Assembly (NCBI GenBank): GCA_025677605.1
Contig: GCA_025677605.1_4110.1
DNA: 64,000 bases
Reading direction: 5' to 3' (one strand)
Source: a phage
In this document: one piece after another, positions 38,418 through 47,125 of the stretch
How positions within the stretch are numbered: position 1 is the first letter of the stretch
Layout: every line of letters starts with the position of its first letter
Position numbers and translations under genes: made by a program
Notes under the pieces: model-generated
What the model saw: only the letters and a program-made list of their open reading frames with translations
Database searches by the model: none
Told to the model about the DNA's origin: nothing

Positions 38418-38969
38418 TTATCCACCAGAACTCGTGTGAGCGGCACTTCTGGCTACCGAAGACCCAAACCCATTGCGGGTGATTGTGGTCGTTGTAGGAG
38501 GTTTTGGAGCTAATGCGGAACTTGATACAGTACGTGTTGTACCTTTTGCAGTACTGCTACCGTAGGAGTTACCACCAGCATCATAGTAGTTCCCTTTAGA
38601 GTTGTATAGTGGTTGACTAGCAAACCCATTACCACTACTATGGAACCCGCTCATGATTGGAATCCAAAAGAATCCCGAACTATGTTGTTGACATTGATTA
38701 CCAAAATCGCTTGAGCAATCACTCTGTGAACTATATTTTGGTGCTACCTTTTCCGATTCAGTGAGTGCTTTCTTATAATCATCATCACATTGTACAGGAT
38801 TACTTCCTGACTTTTTACATTGGTCTGCGTTCTGATATACAGAAATATCTTCAGAGCGTTCACATCCAGTCATAATAAAAGTACTACTAAGTGCCAAGGC
38901 AATCGCTCCGTACTTAATAGTTTTTACTTTACGAAATCGTTCACGAATGACATTAGAACTTCGTTTCAT
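38418..38969 (-). CDS. putative lipoprotein (183 aa)
   Basis: signal peptide with lipobox IMTGC; Gly/Ser-rich C-terminus; last gene of operon. Confidence 0.6.
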   Translation of the reverse strand: MKRSSNVIRERFRKVKTIKYGAIALALSSTFIMTGCERSEDISVYQNADQCKKSGSNPVQCDDDYKKALTESEKVAPKYSSQSDCSSDFGNQCQQHSSGFFWIPIMSGFHSSGNGFASQPLYNSKGNYYDAGGNSYGSSTAKGTTRTVSSSALAPKPPTTTTITRNGFGSSVARSAAHTSSGG

Positions 38970-39352
38970 TATTTGTCAATCCCCATTCGTTTTGAACGCA
39001 TATCTACGTGAATTGATTCCAGCTTCTTAACACCACGATATAGCCAATAGAACGCAGTAATAATAAGAGCACCACACGGAATCAGCACACTAAAGAATGT
39101 TACGAATCCATAGAACGTTGCCCCATCATCACCATTCATGCCACCAAATATTACTTCAATAACAACAGAAGCTACGGCGAACATATAATATGTCATACCC
39201 ATAACAACTGCTATTTGTCCAGCACTACTTTGTTCAGCACGACGAACCCAATTGAATACTGGATTAATACAGAAGTAGTATAGAAGTAACCAGACTGAAC
39301 CTAAAGCGAATACTGCAATTTCAAAAATACAAAAGTAATCACGGTAAGTCAT
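38969..39352 (-). CDS. small polytopic membrane protein, paralog family member (127 aa)
   Basis: three hydrophobic segments; 1-nt overlaps with neighbours. Confidence 0.6.
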   Translation of the reverse strand: MTYRDYFCIFEIAVFALGSVWLLLYYFCINPVFNWVRRAEQSSAGQIAVVMGMTYYMFAVASVVIEVIFGGMNGDDGATFYGFVTFFSVLIPCGALIITAFYWLYRGVKKLESIHVDMRSKRMGIDK

Positions 39353-39705
39353 TATTTCATCCTCTCACCTAAACGTTTGTGTAGTTTACATAATTTGTCA
39401 AAAATGGTTAACGACATACATACAGTAAATCCAATACAAGCTAGTGTTAGACACATTAAATCTGCCACCATACCAGCTACAAGCAATGCACGAGCTTCAA
39501 GTAATAACCCAAATAGCATTGCAAAATAACCGAAATAGTATGCAACTGAAAAGAGTGTTATAGCATTACCAATATAGTACACAATATTATCATACCAAGT
39601 ACTGAATGGTTTCATGTGAAAGAATTTCATCACAAGTAGTACAGATAACATAAAGAATACCAGTGTACATAACATGAATATAACTTGACCAGCAGGAGAA
39701 AACAT
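39352..39705 (-). CDS. small polytopic membrane protein, paralog family member (117 aa)
   Basis: hydrophobic; FFHMKPF loop motif; basic C-terminus. Confidence 0.6.
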   Translation of the reverse strand: MFSPAGQVIFMLCTLVFFMLSVLLVMKFFHMKPFSTWYDNIVYYIGNAITLFSVAYYFGYFAMLFGLLLEARALLVAGMVADLMCLTLACIGFTVCMSLTIFDKLCKLHKRLGERMK

Positions 39706-39707
39706 AA

Positions 39708-40091
39708 TTAACCTCGTTTCTTACGTTTAATGTTATTGTGAATTTCATAAAAGAAAGGAACAATAGCAGTACAGATTAAATTATACATAAGAATAATCAT
39801 GAACAATAACCCGAATATTGAAGAAAACACTAATCCAATAATGCACAGTACTGGTTCACCAATTGAAGTGATTCCAATCCCGAATACGTATACAATCCAT
39901 GTGAAGATAGTGGTTACTAAGCAAATGATATATCCAACATGGAAGAAGCACTTAGATTCGTAGTCGGATTCAATATCCTCATACACATCTTCGACGAACT
40001 TTACACAAAAGAACTTTCCAATGTATATTAATGCACCTATTGTTAGACATGCACTTAGGATATTAAGAATAACATATATTGTTGTGTACAT
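39708..40091 (-). CDS. small polytopic membrane protein, paralog family member (127 aa)
   Basis: hydrophobic; KFFCVKF loop; basic C-terminus KRKKRG. Confidence 0.6.
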   Translation of the reverse strand: MYTTIYVILNILSACLTIGALIYIGKFFCVKFVEDVYEDIESDYESKCFFHVGYIICLVTTIFTWIVYVFGIGITSIGEPVLCIIGLVFSSIFGLLFMIILMYNLICTAIVPFFYEIHNNIKRKKRG

Positions 40092-40411
40092 TATACCCTC
40101 TTATCTTTTTGTTTACGATGGAAATTTGATACCAAAGAACATAACTTTCCAATATAACTACAGAATGCTGCGAATACACACAGGACTGCAAATAATGTAC
40201 ACAATGACATTTCCAAATCATTATCAGGTGGATTGAATATAAGCAGTACTACCCATAATGTACTAAGCAATGTAAAAGCTACATTACCAGCCCATGCATT
40301 TTTACACTGCTTTGCATAGAAGTCAAATGGTTTTAGTGCAAAGAGAAAACCAATCCAGCAAACCCAAAAGTAGAATGCACTTACTGTGAAAAGAATCAAT
40401 TCAATCTTCAT
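40091..40411 (-). CDS. small polytopic membrane protein, paralog family member (106 aa)
   Basis: hydrophobic; basic C-terminus. Confidence 0.6.
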   Translation of the reverse strand: MKIELILFTVSAFYFWVCWIGFLFALKPFDFYAKQCKNAWAGNVAFTLLSTLWVVLLIFNPPDNDLEMSLCTLFAVLCVFAAFCSYIGKLCSLVSNFHRKQKDKRV

Positions 40412-40412
40412 A

Positions 40413-40748
40413 TTATTTCCTGTGATCTGGGATAGAGTTTCGTAGTTTAACTACAAATGGATACAAAAGCACACCAATGTAAACAATAGTCGATATCCAG
40501 TAAAAACCCAAGGAAATGATTTCACCATTAGAACGTTTACCAGTACTGATAATTCCGTAATGGATGAATGGCATCACTGACGATGACCAAAACCAGCAGT
40601 GAAGTTTAAAACTCATCAGATGATTATCGATGAATTCACTGATTGGACGTTTAAAGAACCACATCAAGAAATAAAACCCAGCGGAAATGATGTAGTAAAT
40701 TGTACTTACTTTCAAGTACCACGGTAGTAAACTGATAAAGTACTCCAT
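40413..40748 (-). CDS. small polytopic membrane protein, paralog family member (111 aa)
   Basis: track ORF 40413..40850 trimmed to ATG at 40746-40748 (1-nt overlap with upstream stop); WFFKRPI loop. Confidence 0.55.
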   Translation of the reverse strand: MEYFISLLPWYLKVSTIYYIISAGFYFLMWFFKRPISEFIDNHLMSFKLHCWFWSSSVMPFIHYGIISTGKRSNGEIISLGFYWISTIVYIGVLLYPFVVKLRNSIPDHRK

Positions 40749-41101
40749 TATGCCTCCGGTATTTTGTTGCGTGCAAATAACATTTTTTTCCACACAATAT
40801 TCGATAGAATTACAATTAGTGTTGGAATACATATCATAACAAAGGTACATAGCATAAAGTTAAGATTATCACCGTGACCTAATCCTATGACTGTAAGAAC
40901 TGCACCCATAGTATACGTGATTGAGGTTGCAATTACAACACTTTCATAGTACTCTGAATTATTAATCTTGTAGTAAATTGGACGTTTGAAATACCATCCA
41001 ATGAAGTTTAGAACCATCAAAAACGGATATAAGATAATGAGTACATAGTTCAGTGTACTAGCAATATCACTGGTTGTCAACCATTTAATAACCTCTTGCA
41101 T
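40748..41101 (-). CDS. small polytopic membrane protein, paralog family member (117 aa)
   Basis: track ORF 40748..41206 trimmed to ATG at 41099-41101; WYFKRPI loop. Confidence 0.55.
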   Translation of the reverse strand: MQEVIKWLTTSDIASTLNYVLIILYPFLMVLNFIGWYFKRPIYYKINNSEYYESVVIATSITYTMGAVLTVIGLGHGDNLNFMLCTFVMICIPTLIVILSNIVWKKMLFARNKIPEA

Positions 41102-41433
41102 TAGAAATCTCCCACTATACGTTTCCTGTACAAATACAGACCATACACACCCATCATTACAAGCCACATAATAGTAGTTCCGAATACAATGTATTGTGTA
41201 ATACACGGAAGGTGTGGTTCAAACAAATATATCAAGTGCACTAGAATTCCCAGTACTATTCCTACACCCTGGACGATTGTATACAATATCATATAGTCTG
41301 GGTACAATTTCTCAAGAAGACGACCTTTCTTAAAGAACCACAAGATTCCGATGAGAGCGTGGTAGTATACGAATAGACACATGTATACTAATGTAATTTT
41401 AATCATAACCTCAGTTGAAAATAAATTAATCAT
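41101..41433 (-). CDS. small polytopic membrane protein, paralog family member (110 aa)
   Basis: WFFKKGR loop; basic C-terminus. Confidence 0.6.
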   Translation of the reverse strand: MINLFSTEVMIKITLVYMCLFVYYHALIGILWFFKKGRLLEKLYPDYMILYTIVQGVGIVLGILVHLIYLFEPHLPCITQYIVFGTTIMWLVMMGVYGLYLYRKRIVGDF

Positions 41434-41443
41434 ATGTTCCTCG

Positions 41444-41662
41444 TTAAGTGAACTTAATCATAGTTGATAGTAATACCATGTATACGGATACTACGCTAAT
41501 TAAAACAATAATTTTTAATCCAAGAGATGCTTCTTGAGGATTATACTCCTTTTCAGTATCAATATCAAGTGTATGAAACCATCTATAAACTTTAACTAAA
41601 ACGACAATCATGTTAATACATGCATATAATAACATGACCTTATCGATGTTATATGTTATCAA
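41444..41662 (-). CDS. small membrane protein (72 aa)
   Basis: two hydrophobic segments. Confidence 0.55.
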   Translation of the reverse strand: MITYNIDKVMLLYACINMIVVLVKVYRWFHTLDIDTEKEYNPQEASLGLKIIVLISVVSVYMVLLSTMIKFT

Positions 41663-42436
41663 TTAATTTTTCTCCAGGAACATATTTTCAGCCATTGATT
41701 CCCAGTCGTATGGGAATTTATTGTAAAGACCAGCGATCAGTACTGGCATACGCAGTGAAGGACTACGCAGACGGTCTTCATTGCTCAGCATCCAGTTCAG
41801 GATTGCTTTACAACCATTTTTGTTAACACCATTGTTTTCAAGGATGTTAGTTTTGTTCATGATGTTCTCAATGTGAATCATCACTTCTTCGTTGGTGAAC
41901 AGTTGCAGGTCAACAAAGATACTACGAGTGATCAGTGCATCAATGTGTGGTGCTAAACTGCTTTTACCTTTAGCAATCTGTGACAGGTTTTTGTTAGTCA
42001 GGAAGATTACTTTACCACGGAATTCAAACTGCTTAGGGATACCCTGCTGTTCCAGGTACTTAGCAGAAGTAGCGTAAGATACTACACGCTTCTCAGAAGT
42101 ATCCAATACAGCTTTAAGCAAATCAATATTCGTCTCATCAGAGAAGATATCAACATCATCAAGTAACAGTACTGAAGCAGCGTGACGTGAACGATACAGT
42201 GCTTCGTACAGACCAACAGTAGTTACTTTGCCACTGATTTTCTTGTAGTCGATTTCAAAGTTGTCATCAGCTTTCTGCAACCGTTGGTCAACGTTGAAAG
42301 TTTTACCAACACCACCCTTGCCAGAAACGATCAGAGAGTTGATAGAGTTAGTTTGTGTATCAAGAAGACATTCCAGTGCTGCCATCATGGAGTTGAAGTT
42401 CTTTTCGATTTGGATTGCTTTCTCTGTACGGTTCAT
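41663..42436 (-). CDS. P-loop NTPase with ParA/MinD-type deviant Walker A (257 aa)
   Basis: SGKGGVGKT Walker A; hydrophobic stretch + DD (LLLDDVD) as Walker B; first gene of operon. Confidence 0.55.
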   Translation of the reverse strand: MNRTEKAIQIEKNFNSMMAALECLLDTQTNSINSLIVSGKGGVGKTFNVDQRLQKADDNFEIDYKKISGKVTTVGLYEALYRSRHAASVLLLDDVDIFSDETNIDLLKAVLDTSEKRVVSYATSAKYLEQQGIPKQFEFRGKVIFLTNKNLSQIAKGKSSLAPHIDALITRSIFVDLQLFTNEEVMIHIENIMNKTNILENNGVNKNGCKAILNWMLSNEDRLRSPSLRMPVLIAGLYNKFPYDWESMAENMFLEKN

Positions 42437-42464
42437 TTCGTTACCCTCTGTAGTTGATGATATG

Positions 42465-42500
42465 ATTATAGCAAAAAGGGCTGACCGAAGTCAACCTTTT
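42465..42500 (-). promoter_or_regulatory. terminator-promoter fusion module (stem GGGUUGAC-UUCG-GUCAGCCC, U-run, TATAAT)
   Basis: -35-like TTGACT lies inside the terminator stem; TATAAT 18 bp downstream on minus strand. Confidence 0.6.
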
Positions 42501-42504
42501 TGTT

Positions 42505-43632
42505 TTATACAATCACTTCACCAAAAATACCATTGATATCACGTTCAATGATGTATTCTCCTTCATGTTCAGCTAAGAATTTTTTAATGGCTTCATTAAC
42601 TTTAGGACGATGGATATTATTGAATGTTTCTGTGCAACCATCTCCCTTTTCATAATAACCTTTATTATATAGTTTACCACATAACGCAATTGTATGTATT
42701 ATTATTTCCAATTCTCTAGCAAGTTTCCCACCCACATTCTTATGAAATAAAATGGAAATTTCATTACTCCAAAAATTATCTACTTTATATATTTTTTTAT
42801 AAGATAAGTTTTGTGGACTTAATCTTGCTTTAATAGTTTTGTTTGTAATACCAGCTTTATCCGATTTTTTTGCATAATCATTGTGAATATAAAATCTTCC
42901 AGGCTTGGAAGTTTTAAATCCTTTTACTGCACACGTGGGACAACCAGAACCAGACAGATGTGAATTTGGTGTTTGTTGAAATTCACCATGTTCTTTGCAT
43001 ATTATAATAGAGGTTACTTGGTTGTTAATGTAGTCATATAAAGAATAATCATACTTATTTCCGTGTATAAGATGTGATTTTTTTATAAATTCACCTAAAG
43101 TTTGTTTCGTGCATTCTTGACAACCAATTTTACCAGTAGCTAAGTCAGTAATTGTGGGTTTTTTTATATCACCACAATCATTACATACTACTTCAATTTT
43201 AGTTCTACTAGGAAGTGTAGAGTTAAACGAAGTTATTCCACTATAAGTAAATTTATCATAACCATATTTTTTGTTGATGACACTAATATGATTAAGGCTG
43301 TAATATGGAATATTAATAATATTGTAAAAAATCTTCCCATTAAATCCCTGCCTAATAAAATTCGTGCAGGTGGCTCCAATAACTAACATACCATCGTTAT
43401 TCACTACAAGTTTGGTTTTTGATTTAGATATATAATCTTGTGATCTATTGATATAGAATCCAAGAACTCTTGGATCATTTATTTCACCCATAATACTAAT
43501 AGGATCTTGAGCAATGTTGGATTTTTTTACAAAATTTATATCTTCGGCTTTCATCCACTCAAAAAGCATTCCATGCTCTTCATAAAAATAAACTTTTTCA
43601 CCATCTTCATTAAAATAGTACTGTTCAAACAT
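42505..43632 (-). CDS. zinc-ribbon protein with T5orf172/GIY-YIG-like C-terminal region (375 aa)
   Basis: two CxxC...CxxC pairs; GRFYIH...KAGITN...KARL resembles T5orf172 motif; by eye only. Confidence 0.4.
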   Translation of the reverse strand: MFEQYYFNEDGEKVYFYEEHGMLFEWMKAEDINFVKKSNIAQDPISIMGEINDPRVLGFYINRSQDYISKSKTKLVVNNDGMLVIGATCTNFIRQGFNGKIFYNIINIPYYSLNHISVINKKYGYDKFTYSGITSFNSTLPSRTKIEVVCNDCGDIKKPTITDLATGKIGCQECTKQTLGEFIKKSHLIHGNKYDYSLYDYINNQVTSIIICKEHGEFQQTPNSHLSGSGCPTCAVKGFKTSKPGRFYIHNDYAKKSDKAGITNKTIKARLSPQNLSYKKIYKVDNFWSNEISILFHKNVGGKLARELEIIIHTIALCGKLYNKGYYEKGDGCTETFNNIHRPKVNEAIKKFLAEHEGEYIIERDINGIFGEVIV

Positions 43633-43861
43633 TACTTAAAACTCCTTTCCAGTACTGAACCCGCCCAGCACCATGAATCTTAGCTTGAATCTTATCTTTT
43701 TCGACAAGACCTTCTTTGAAATCAATGGAAGTATTATCGCTCTTAATTACATCTAAGTCAAGTACTTCTTGCGTAGTTAATGATGTATTATCTGCGATTT
43801 GTTGTAGAGTAATTACATCAGTACCGAAGAATTCTGCTAAACGTATAAAAGATAGTTTCAT
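43625..43861 (-). CDS. hypothetical protein (78 aa)
   Basis: track ORF; 8-nt overlap with downstream gene. Confidence 0.6.
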   Translation of the reverse strand: MKLSFIRLAEFFGTDVITLQQIADNTSLTTQEVLDLDVIKSDNTSIDFKEGLVEKDKIQAKIHGAGRVQYWKGVLSNV

Positions 43862-43887
43862 GTATTACCTCTTGAGTTGATGAAATG

Positions 43888-43920
43888 ATTATAGCAAAAA
43901 GGGCTGACCGAAGTCAACCC
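43888..43920 (-). promoter_or_regulatory. terminator-promoter fusion module
   Basis: GGGCTGACCGAAGTCAACCC stem with A5 on plus strand and rc TATAAT at 43888-43893. Confidence 0.6.
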
Positions 43921-43926
43921 CTTATA

Positions 43927-44154
43927 TCATTTATTGTTGTATTCATACCAACACAGTTTAATATTATATACCAAATCCTCATAATCACTACATTGCACTA
44001 TCCATGAATATTTTTCGTCAAATGTATATTTGGGTGAATTAATCATCCATCTTATAGATGCTTTTGTTTTATCAGGATTAAATTTATACGTTTCGCGTGA
44101 CTTGTATGAATCAAGCTTCGCAATCGCATATTTTTTGAATTCTTCATCATTCAT
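43927..44154 (-). CDS. hypothetical protein (75 aa)
   Basis: track ORF; ATGA overlap with denV stop. Confidence 0.6.
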   Translation of the reverse strand: MNDEEFKKYAIAKLDSYKSRETYKFNPDKTKASIRWMINSPKYTFDEKYSWIVQCSDYEDLVYNIKLCWYEYNNK

Positions 44155-44588
44155 TGTATCATATCAACATAATATATAGGTAGCTCAACATCAGTAAACT
44201 TATACCACTTAGGCTTCATTTGAAGCTTCTCAATCAAACGCTCACGCGATGTTTTAATCTCTGACTCAGATGGTACGTAATCATTACAAAACTCAGCAGG
44301 GAACCCACTGATATCGTTTACTTCAGTGTTTTGAATCTTCATACCACGACGCAAACATTCGTTGACAATATCGATATGACGCTTCTGTAAGTACAGTAAC
44401 TTGTCGTAAAAGAATGTTACATGACCTGAACCTAACAGATAAGTACTGTTAATTTTGAAATCACGTACACGCTTACGTGCTTGAACATGTTTTTGTACAG
44501 CACCAAACACACGTGGAAGTTCACGATATTCAGCCATCAGATGTTGGTCAGCAAGTTCTTTAACGTGTACTAAGTTAATGCGTGTCAT
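44151..44588 (-). CDS. denV: pyrimidine dimer DNA glycosylase / endonuclease V (145 aa)
   Basis: N-terminus [44 protein letters not shown] and WYK match T4 endonuclease V as recalled. Confidence 0.8.
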   Translation of the reverse strand: MTRINLVHVKELADQHLMAEYRELPRVFGAVQKHVQARKRVRDFKINSTYLLGSGHVTFFYDKLLYLQKRHIDIVNECLRRGMKIQNTEVNDISGFPAEFCNDYVPSESEIKTSRERLIEKLQMKPKWYKFTDVELPIYYVDMIQ

Positions 44589-44616
44589 GTATTCATCCTC
44601 TCGTTTCGATGAAATG

Positions 44617-44652
44617 ATTATAGCAAAAAGGGCTGACTGAAGTCAATCCTTT
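44617..44652 (-). promoter_or_regulatory. terminator-promoter fusion module
   Basis: AGGGCTGACTGAAGTCAATCCT stem; rc TATAAT at 44617-44622. Confidence 0.6.
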
Positions 44653-44676
44653 TCTTTATTATACAATGCGTACATA

Positions 44677-45048
44677 TTAATCTCCATAATCAAGTTTAAC
44701 TAACTTACCATTCAAATATCCAAAGTTTTCTGGCTTCGCATCTGAATAGAAGAAGTCAGTACTCAACTCTGAATTCGATGCTAACGTACACAACTCCACC
44801 CAAAACAAACCCCTATGTTGTACTGGCTTACAACGTTTCTGTACTGTTATTAAGCCAGTTCGCGATGACCACAGAGTAGGACATATTCCACTGTCACTAC
44901 GCTTGGAGTACTGCATCCACGAACGTTCATTGAGGTTAGCTATCATCCCCGTTAAGAATAACTTCCAGCTTTTGAAGGTTGGAATCTTGATAGCATAATC
45001 CCCGATAAGGATAACAGTTCGGGTTGCACCTTTCAAATCTATATTCAT
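44677..45048 (-). CDS. hypothetical protein (123 aa)
   Basis: track ORF. Confidence 0.6.
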   Translation of the reverse strand: MNIDLKGATRTVILIGDYAIKIPTFKSWKLFLTGMIANLNERSWMQYSKRSDSGICPTLWSSRTGLITVQKRCKPVQHRGLFWVELCTLASNSELSTDFFYSDAKPENFGYLNGKLVKLDYGD

Positions 45049-45057
45049 ATTTTTTAA

Positions 45058-45309
45058 TTAGAAGAACACAAACCAAGTCCAGAATAAATTCCACACTACA
45101 AATAAAGACATAGTGGTTTTATGTACAATATCAGCAGTACTGGTCCATCCTCCACCGTGTCCTATTCCATTTATGAATAGAACTAAGAACAAGATACCAT
45201 TTACTACAATAGTACATACTAAGTACACAAACACATTCCATGCAAGTTCAGGGGATACTAAAGTAAATGGTAAAACAATTAGTAGTATTAGAACTAATAA
45301 AATTTTCAT
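45058..45309 (-). CDS. small membrane protein (83 aa)
   Basis: hydrophobic throughout. Confidence 0.6.
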   Translation of the reverse strand: MKILLVLILLIVLPFTLVSPELAWNVFVYLVCTIVVNGILFLVLFINGIGHGGGWTSTADIVHKTTMSLFVVWNLFWTWFVFF

Positions 45310-45348
45310 TTATCGCCTCACTTAATTAACGTGACATATCACGTAATA

Positions 45349-45525
45349 TTAGTACGAATCAGATTCCCAGTACTCGATTGCTTCTTTCAGCAATTCGTTA
45401 GCACGTTGTTTTGCAACACGAGCGGGTAACTGATATGTGTACATTAACTGACGCTTTACTTCATTTAATGAACACTGTTCATGATATAGGGCATCCATCA
45501 GTCGATTGCGAGTACGTAGTTTCAT
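45349..45525 (-). CDS. hypothetical small protein (58 aa)
   Basis: hand-translated; AAGGATAA RBS. Confidence 0.45.
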   Translation of the reverse strand: MKLRTRNRLMDALYHEQCSLNEVKRQLMYTYQLPARVAKQRANELLKEAIEYWESDSY

Positions 45526-45536
45526 ATAAGTTATCC

Positions 45537-46091
45537 TTATTTCAAAGAATCATAATAAGCAGTGTCAAAGATTGGAGTCATAATAACATAGTCAATACGG
45601 TCAATGTAAGTTGAACTCCACATTTCAGGTTTATCATATAAATGACGTTCACGTTCATTTATAATAGTTAATACTTCTTCCAATTTACTACGTGAAGCCA
45701 TCAAAGTATCACGGGAGCCATAAGTGAAGTACTCAGTCCATTGATATTCATATGCAGTATAGATAGATTGAATAGTTCCATCTTTGAAATGAGCTAAGGC
45801 ATAACCTTTCTCTACAAAGTTATCAGGTGGAAGAACTTCATCTAGATTAGTTTTCAATGCTTCTGCTAACTTTTCTTTAATTTCAGTTAACGTGCACACT
45901 GAACGAATGTTCTTCAGGTTTGATACTTGAAAATCACTGTACTTCCCAAAGAAAAAGACACGCCAATCTTTAGGTTCATTATCAGATACGGTAGCATCAG
46001 GATGATGGGCGAGTAAACGAAGAAGGCCAGCTTTGTGACCGTTAATGTAGATTTCATGGATGTGGTTGGCAGTTTTCTTAAAAGTAATCAT
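45537..46091 (-). CDS. hypothetical protein (184 aa)
   Basis: track ORF; early-type promoter + hairpin at 46100-46170. Confidence 0.6.
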   Translation of the reverse strand: MITFKKTANHIHEIYINGHKAGLLRLLAHHPDATVSDNEPKDWRVFFFGKYSDFQVSNLKNIRSVCTLTEIKEKLAEALKTNLDEVLPPDNFVEKGYALAHFKDGTIQSIYTAYEYQWTEYFTYGSRDTLMASRSKLEEVLTIINERERHLYDKPEMWSSTYIDRIDYVIMTPIFDTAYYDSLK

Positions 46092-46176
46092 GGTAGTTCC
46101 TCGATTGAAGGGATGAGAAGTTCATCCCCTTGATAAACATTATACAGTACTAGTTGAGTTTGTCAAATACTTTTCA

Positions 46177-46527
46177 TCAACGCTCTGGTAATTTGTCTCG
46201 GAGTTTCTCAAGTTTCATAATCAAAGAGAAGAGTCCCCACGCGAAAAACCAAACTACAGTCCCAAAAACAACAAAGAATGTTGTTAGTGTGCACATCATT
46301 CCACCAGTACTTTGGATACCAGTTAGCAGTACTTCACCCACTGCCATAGTTAAGAATACAAATGCGAAGAAGTGAATTGGTGCATCATCCCAATAGCGTT
46401 TGTAGAATGTATTGTATCGGAAGAATAATAAAATATACCCAAGCATATAGTACATCCATCCTAGTCCTGATACGATAAACGATACCAGGTTTAATTCATA
46501 CATATAATCATTCATTATCAGGTTCAT
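46177..46527 (-). CDS. small membrane protein (about 116 aa; start uncertain)
   Basis: hydrophobic; track ORF begins at GTG; first ATG at 46525-46527. Confidence 0.5.
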   Translation of the reverse strand: MNLIMNDYMYELNLVSFIVSGLGWMYYMLGYILLFFRYNTFYKRYWDDAPIHFFAFVFLTMAVGEVLLTGIQSTGGMMCTLTTFFVVFGTVVWFFAWGLFSLIMKLEKLRDKLPER

Positions 46528-46768
46528 CACAGTTCATAAGAGCGTTACGGGCAATCCTTGCGGATTGTGCCAGGGACAATACACTCTCCAGTGTAGCAAC
46601 ACTGTAAGAGTTAGAACCAATGGTAATCAGAAGAGATTGTGAATTATCAACGTCAATGTAACCAACTTCAACGCGTTGTGGAGGACCATCGTTCAGTACA
46701 TAGTTAGTGTCATGTTCAACACGAGCAAGACGGATTTGTGTAAACATTTTCAATTCAGGGTTTTGCAT
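46508..46768 (-). CDS. hypothetical protein (86 aa)
   Basis: track ORF; GGAGAT RBS. Confidence 0.6.
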   Translation of the reverse strand: MQNPELKMFTQIRLARVEHDTNYVLNDGPPQRVEVGYIDVDNSQSLLITIGSNSYSVATLESVLSLAQSARIARNALMNCDEPDNE

Positions 46769-46781
46769 TAGATATCTCCAG

Positions 46782-47057
46782 TTATAAAAGTTCTAAGAAT
46801 AATTTATTACATGCATCTTTATGTTTCAAATAATATAGATAATAAAGATTCGGTTCACCGTTCTTCGATGAAAGATCAAAGTAATTTAAATTTCGAACAT
46901 GAACCATAAAGCAAATTAATTCTTTTGCACCAACCTCCCCATACTTCACGATAAGTTCATCTAAGTGGATGTAACTTTTCGAGTCTTTCAGTTCTTCAAT
47001 ATCACTTAAAATTTCTTCATAACGCATTGAGCCAACTAAACGTTCGTATGTGTTCAT
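46782..47057 (-). CDS. hypothetical protein (91 aa)
   Basis: track ORF. Confidence 0.6.
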   Translation of the reverse strand: MNTYERLVGSMRYEEILSDIEELKDSKSYIHLDELIVKYGEVGAKELICFMVHVRNLNYFDLSSKNGEPNLYYLYYLKHKDACNKLFLELL

Positions 47058-47084
47058 AGAGTTTCTCCTTTAGGTTATGTGAGT

Positions 47085-47122
47085 ATTATAGCAAAAAAGG
47101 CTGACCGAAGTCAACCTCTTTT
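47085..47122 (-). promoter_or_regulatory. terminator-promoter fusion module
   Basis: AGGCTGACCGAAGTCAACCT stem flanked by A6 and T6; rc TATAAT at 47085-47090. Confidence 0.6.
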
Positions 47123-47125
47123 TTA

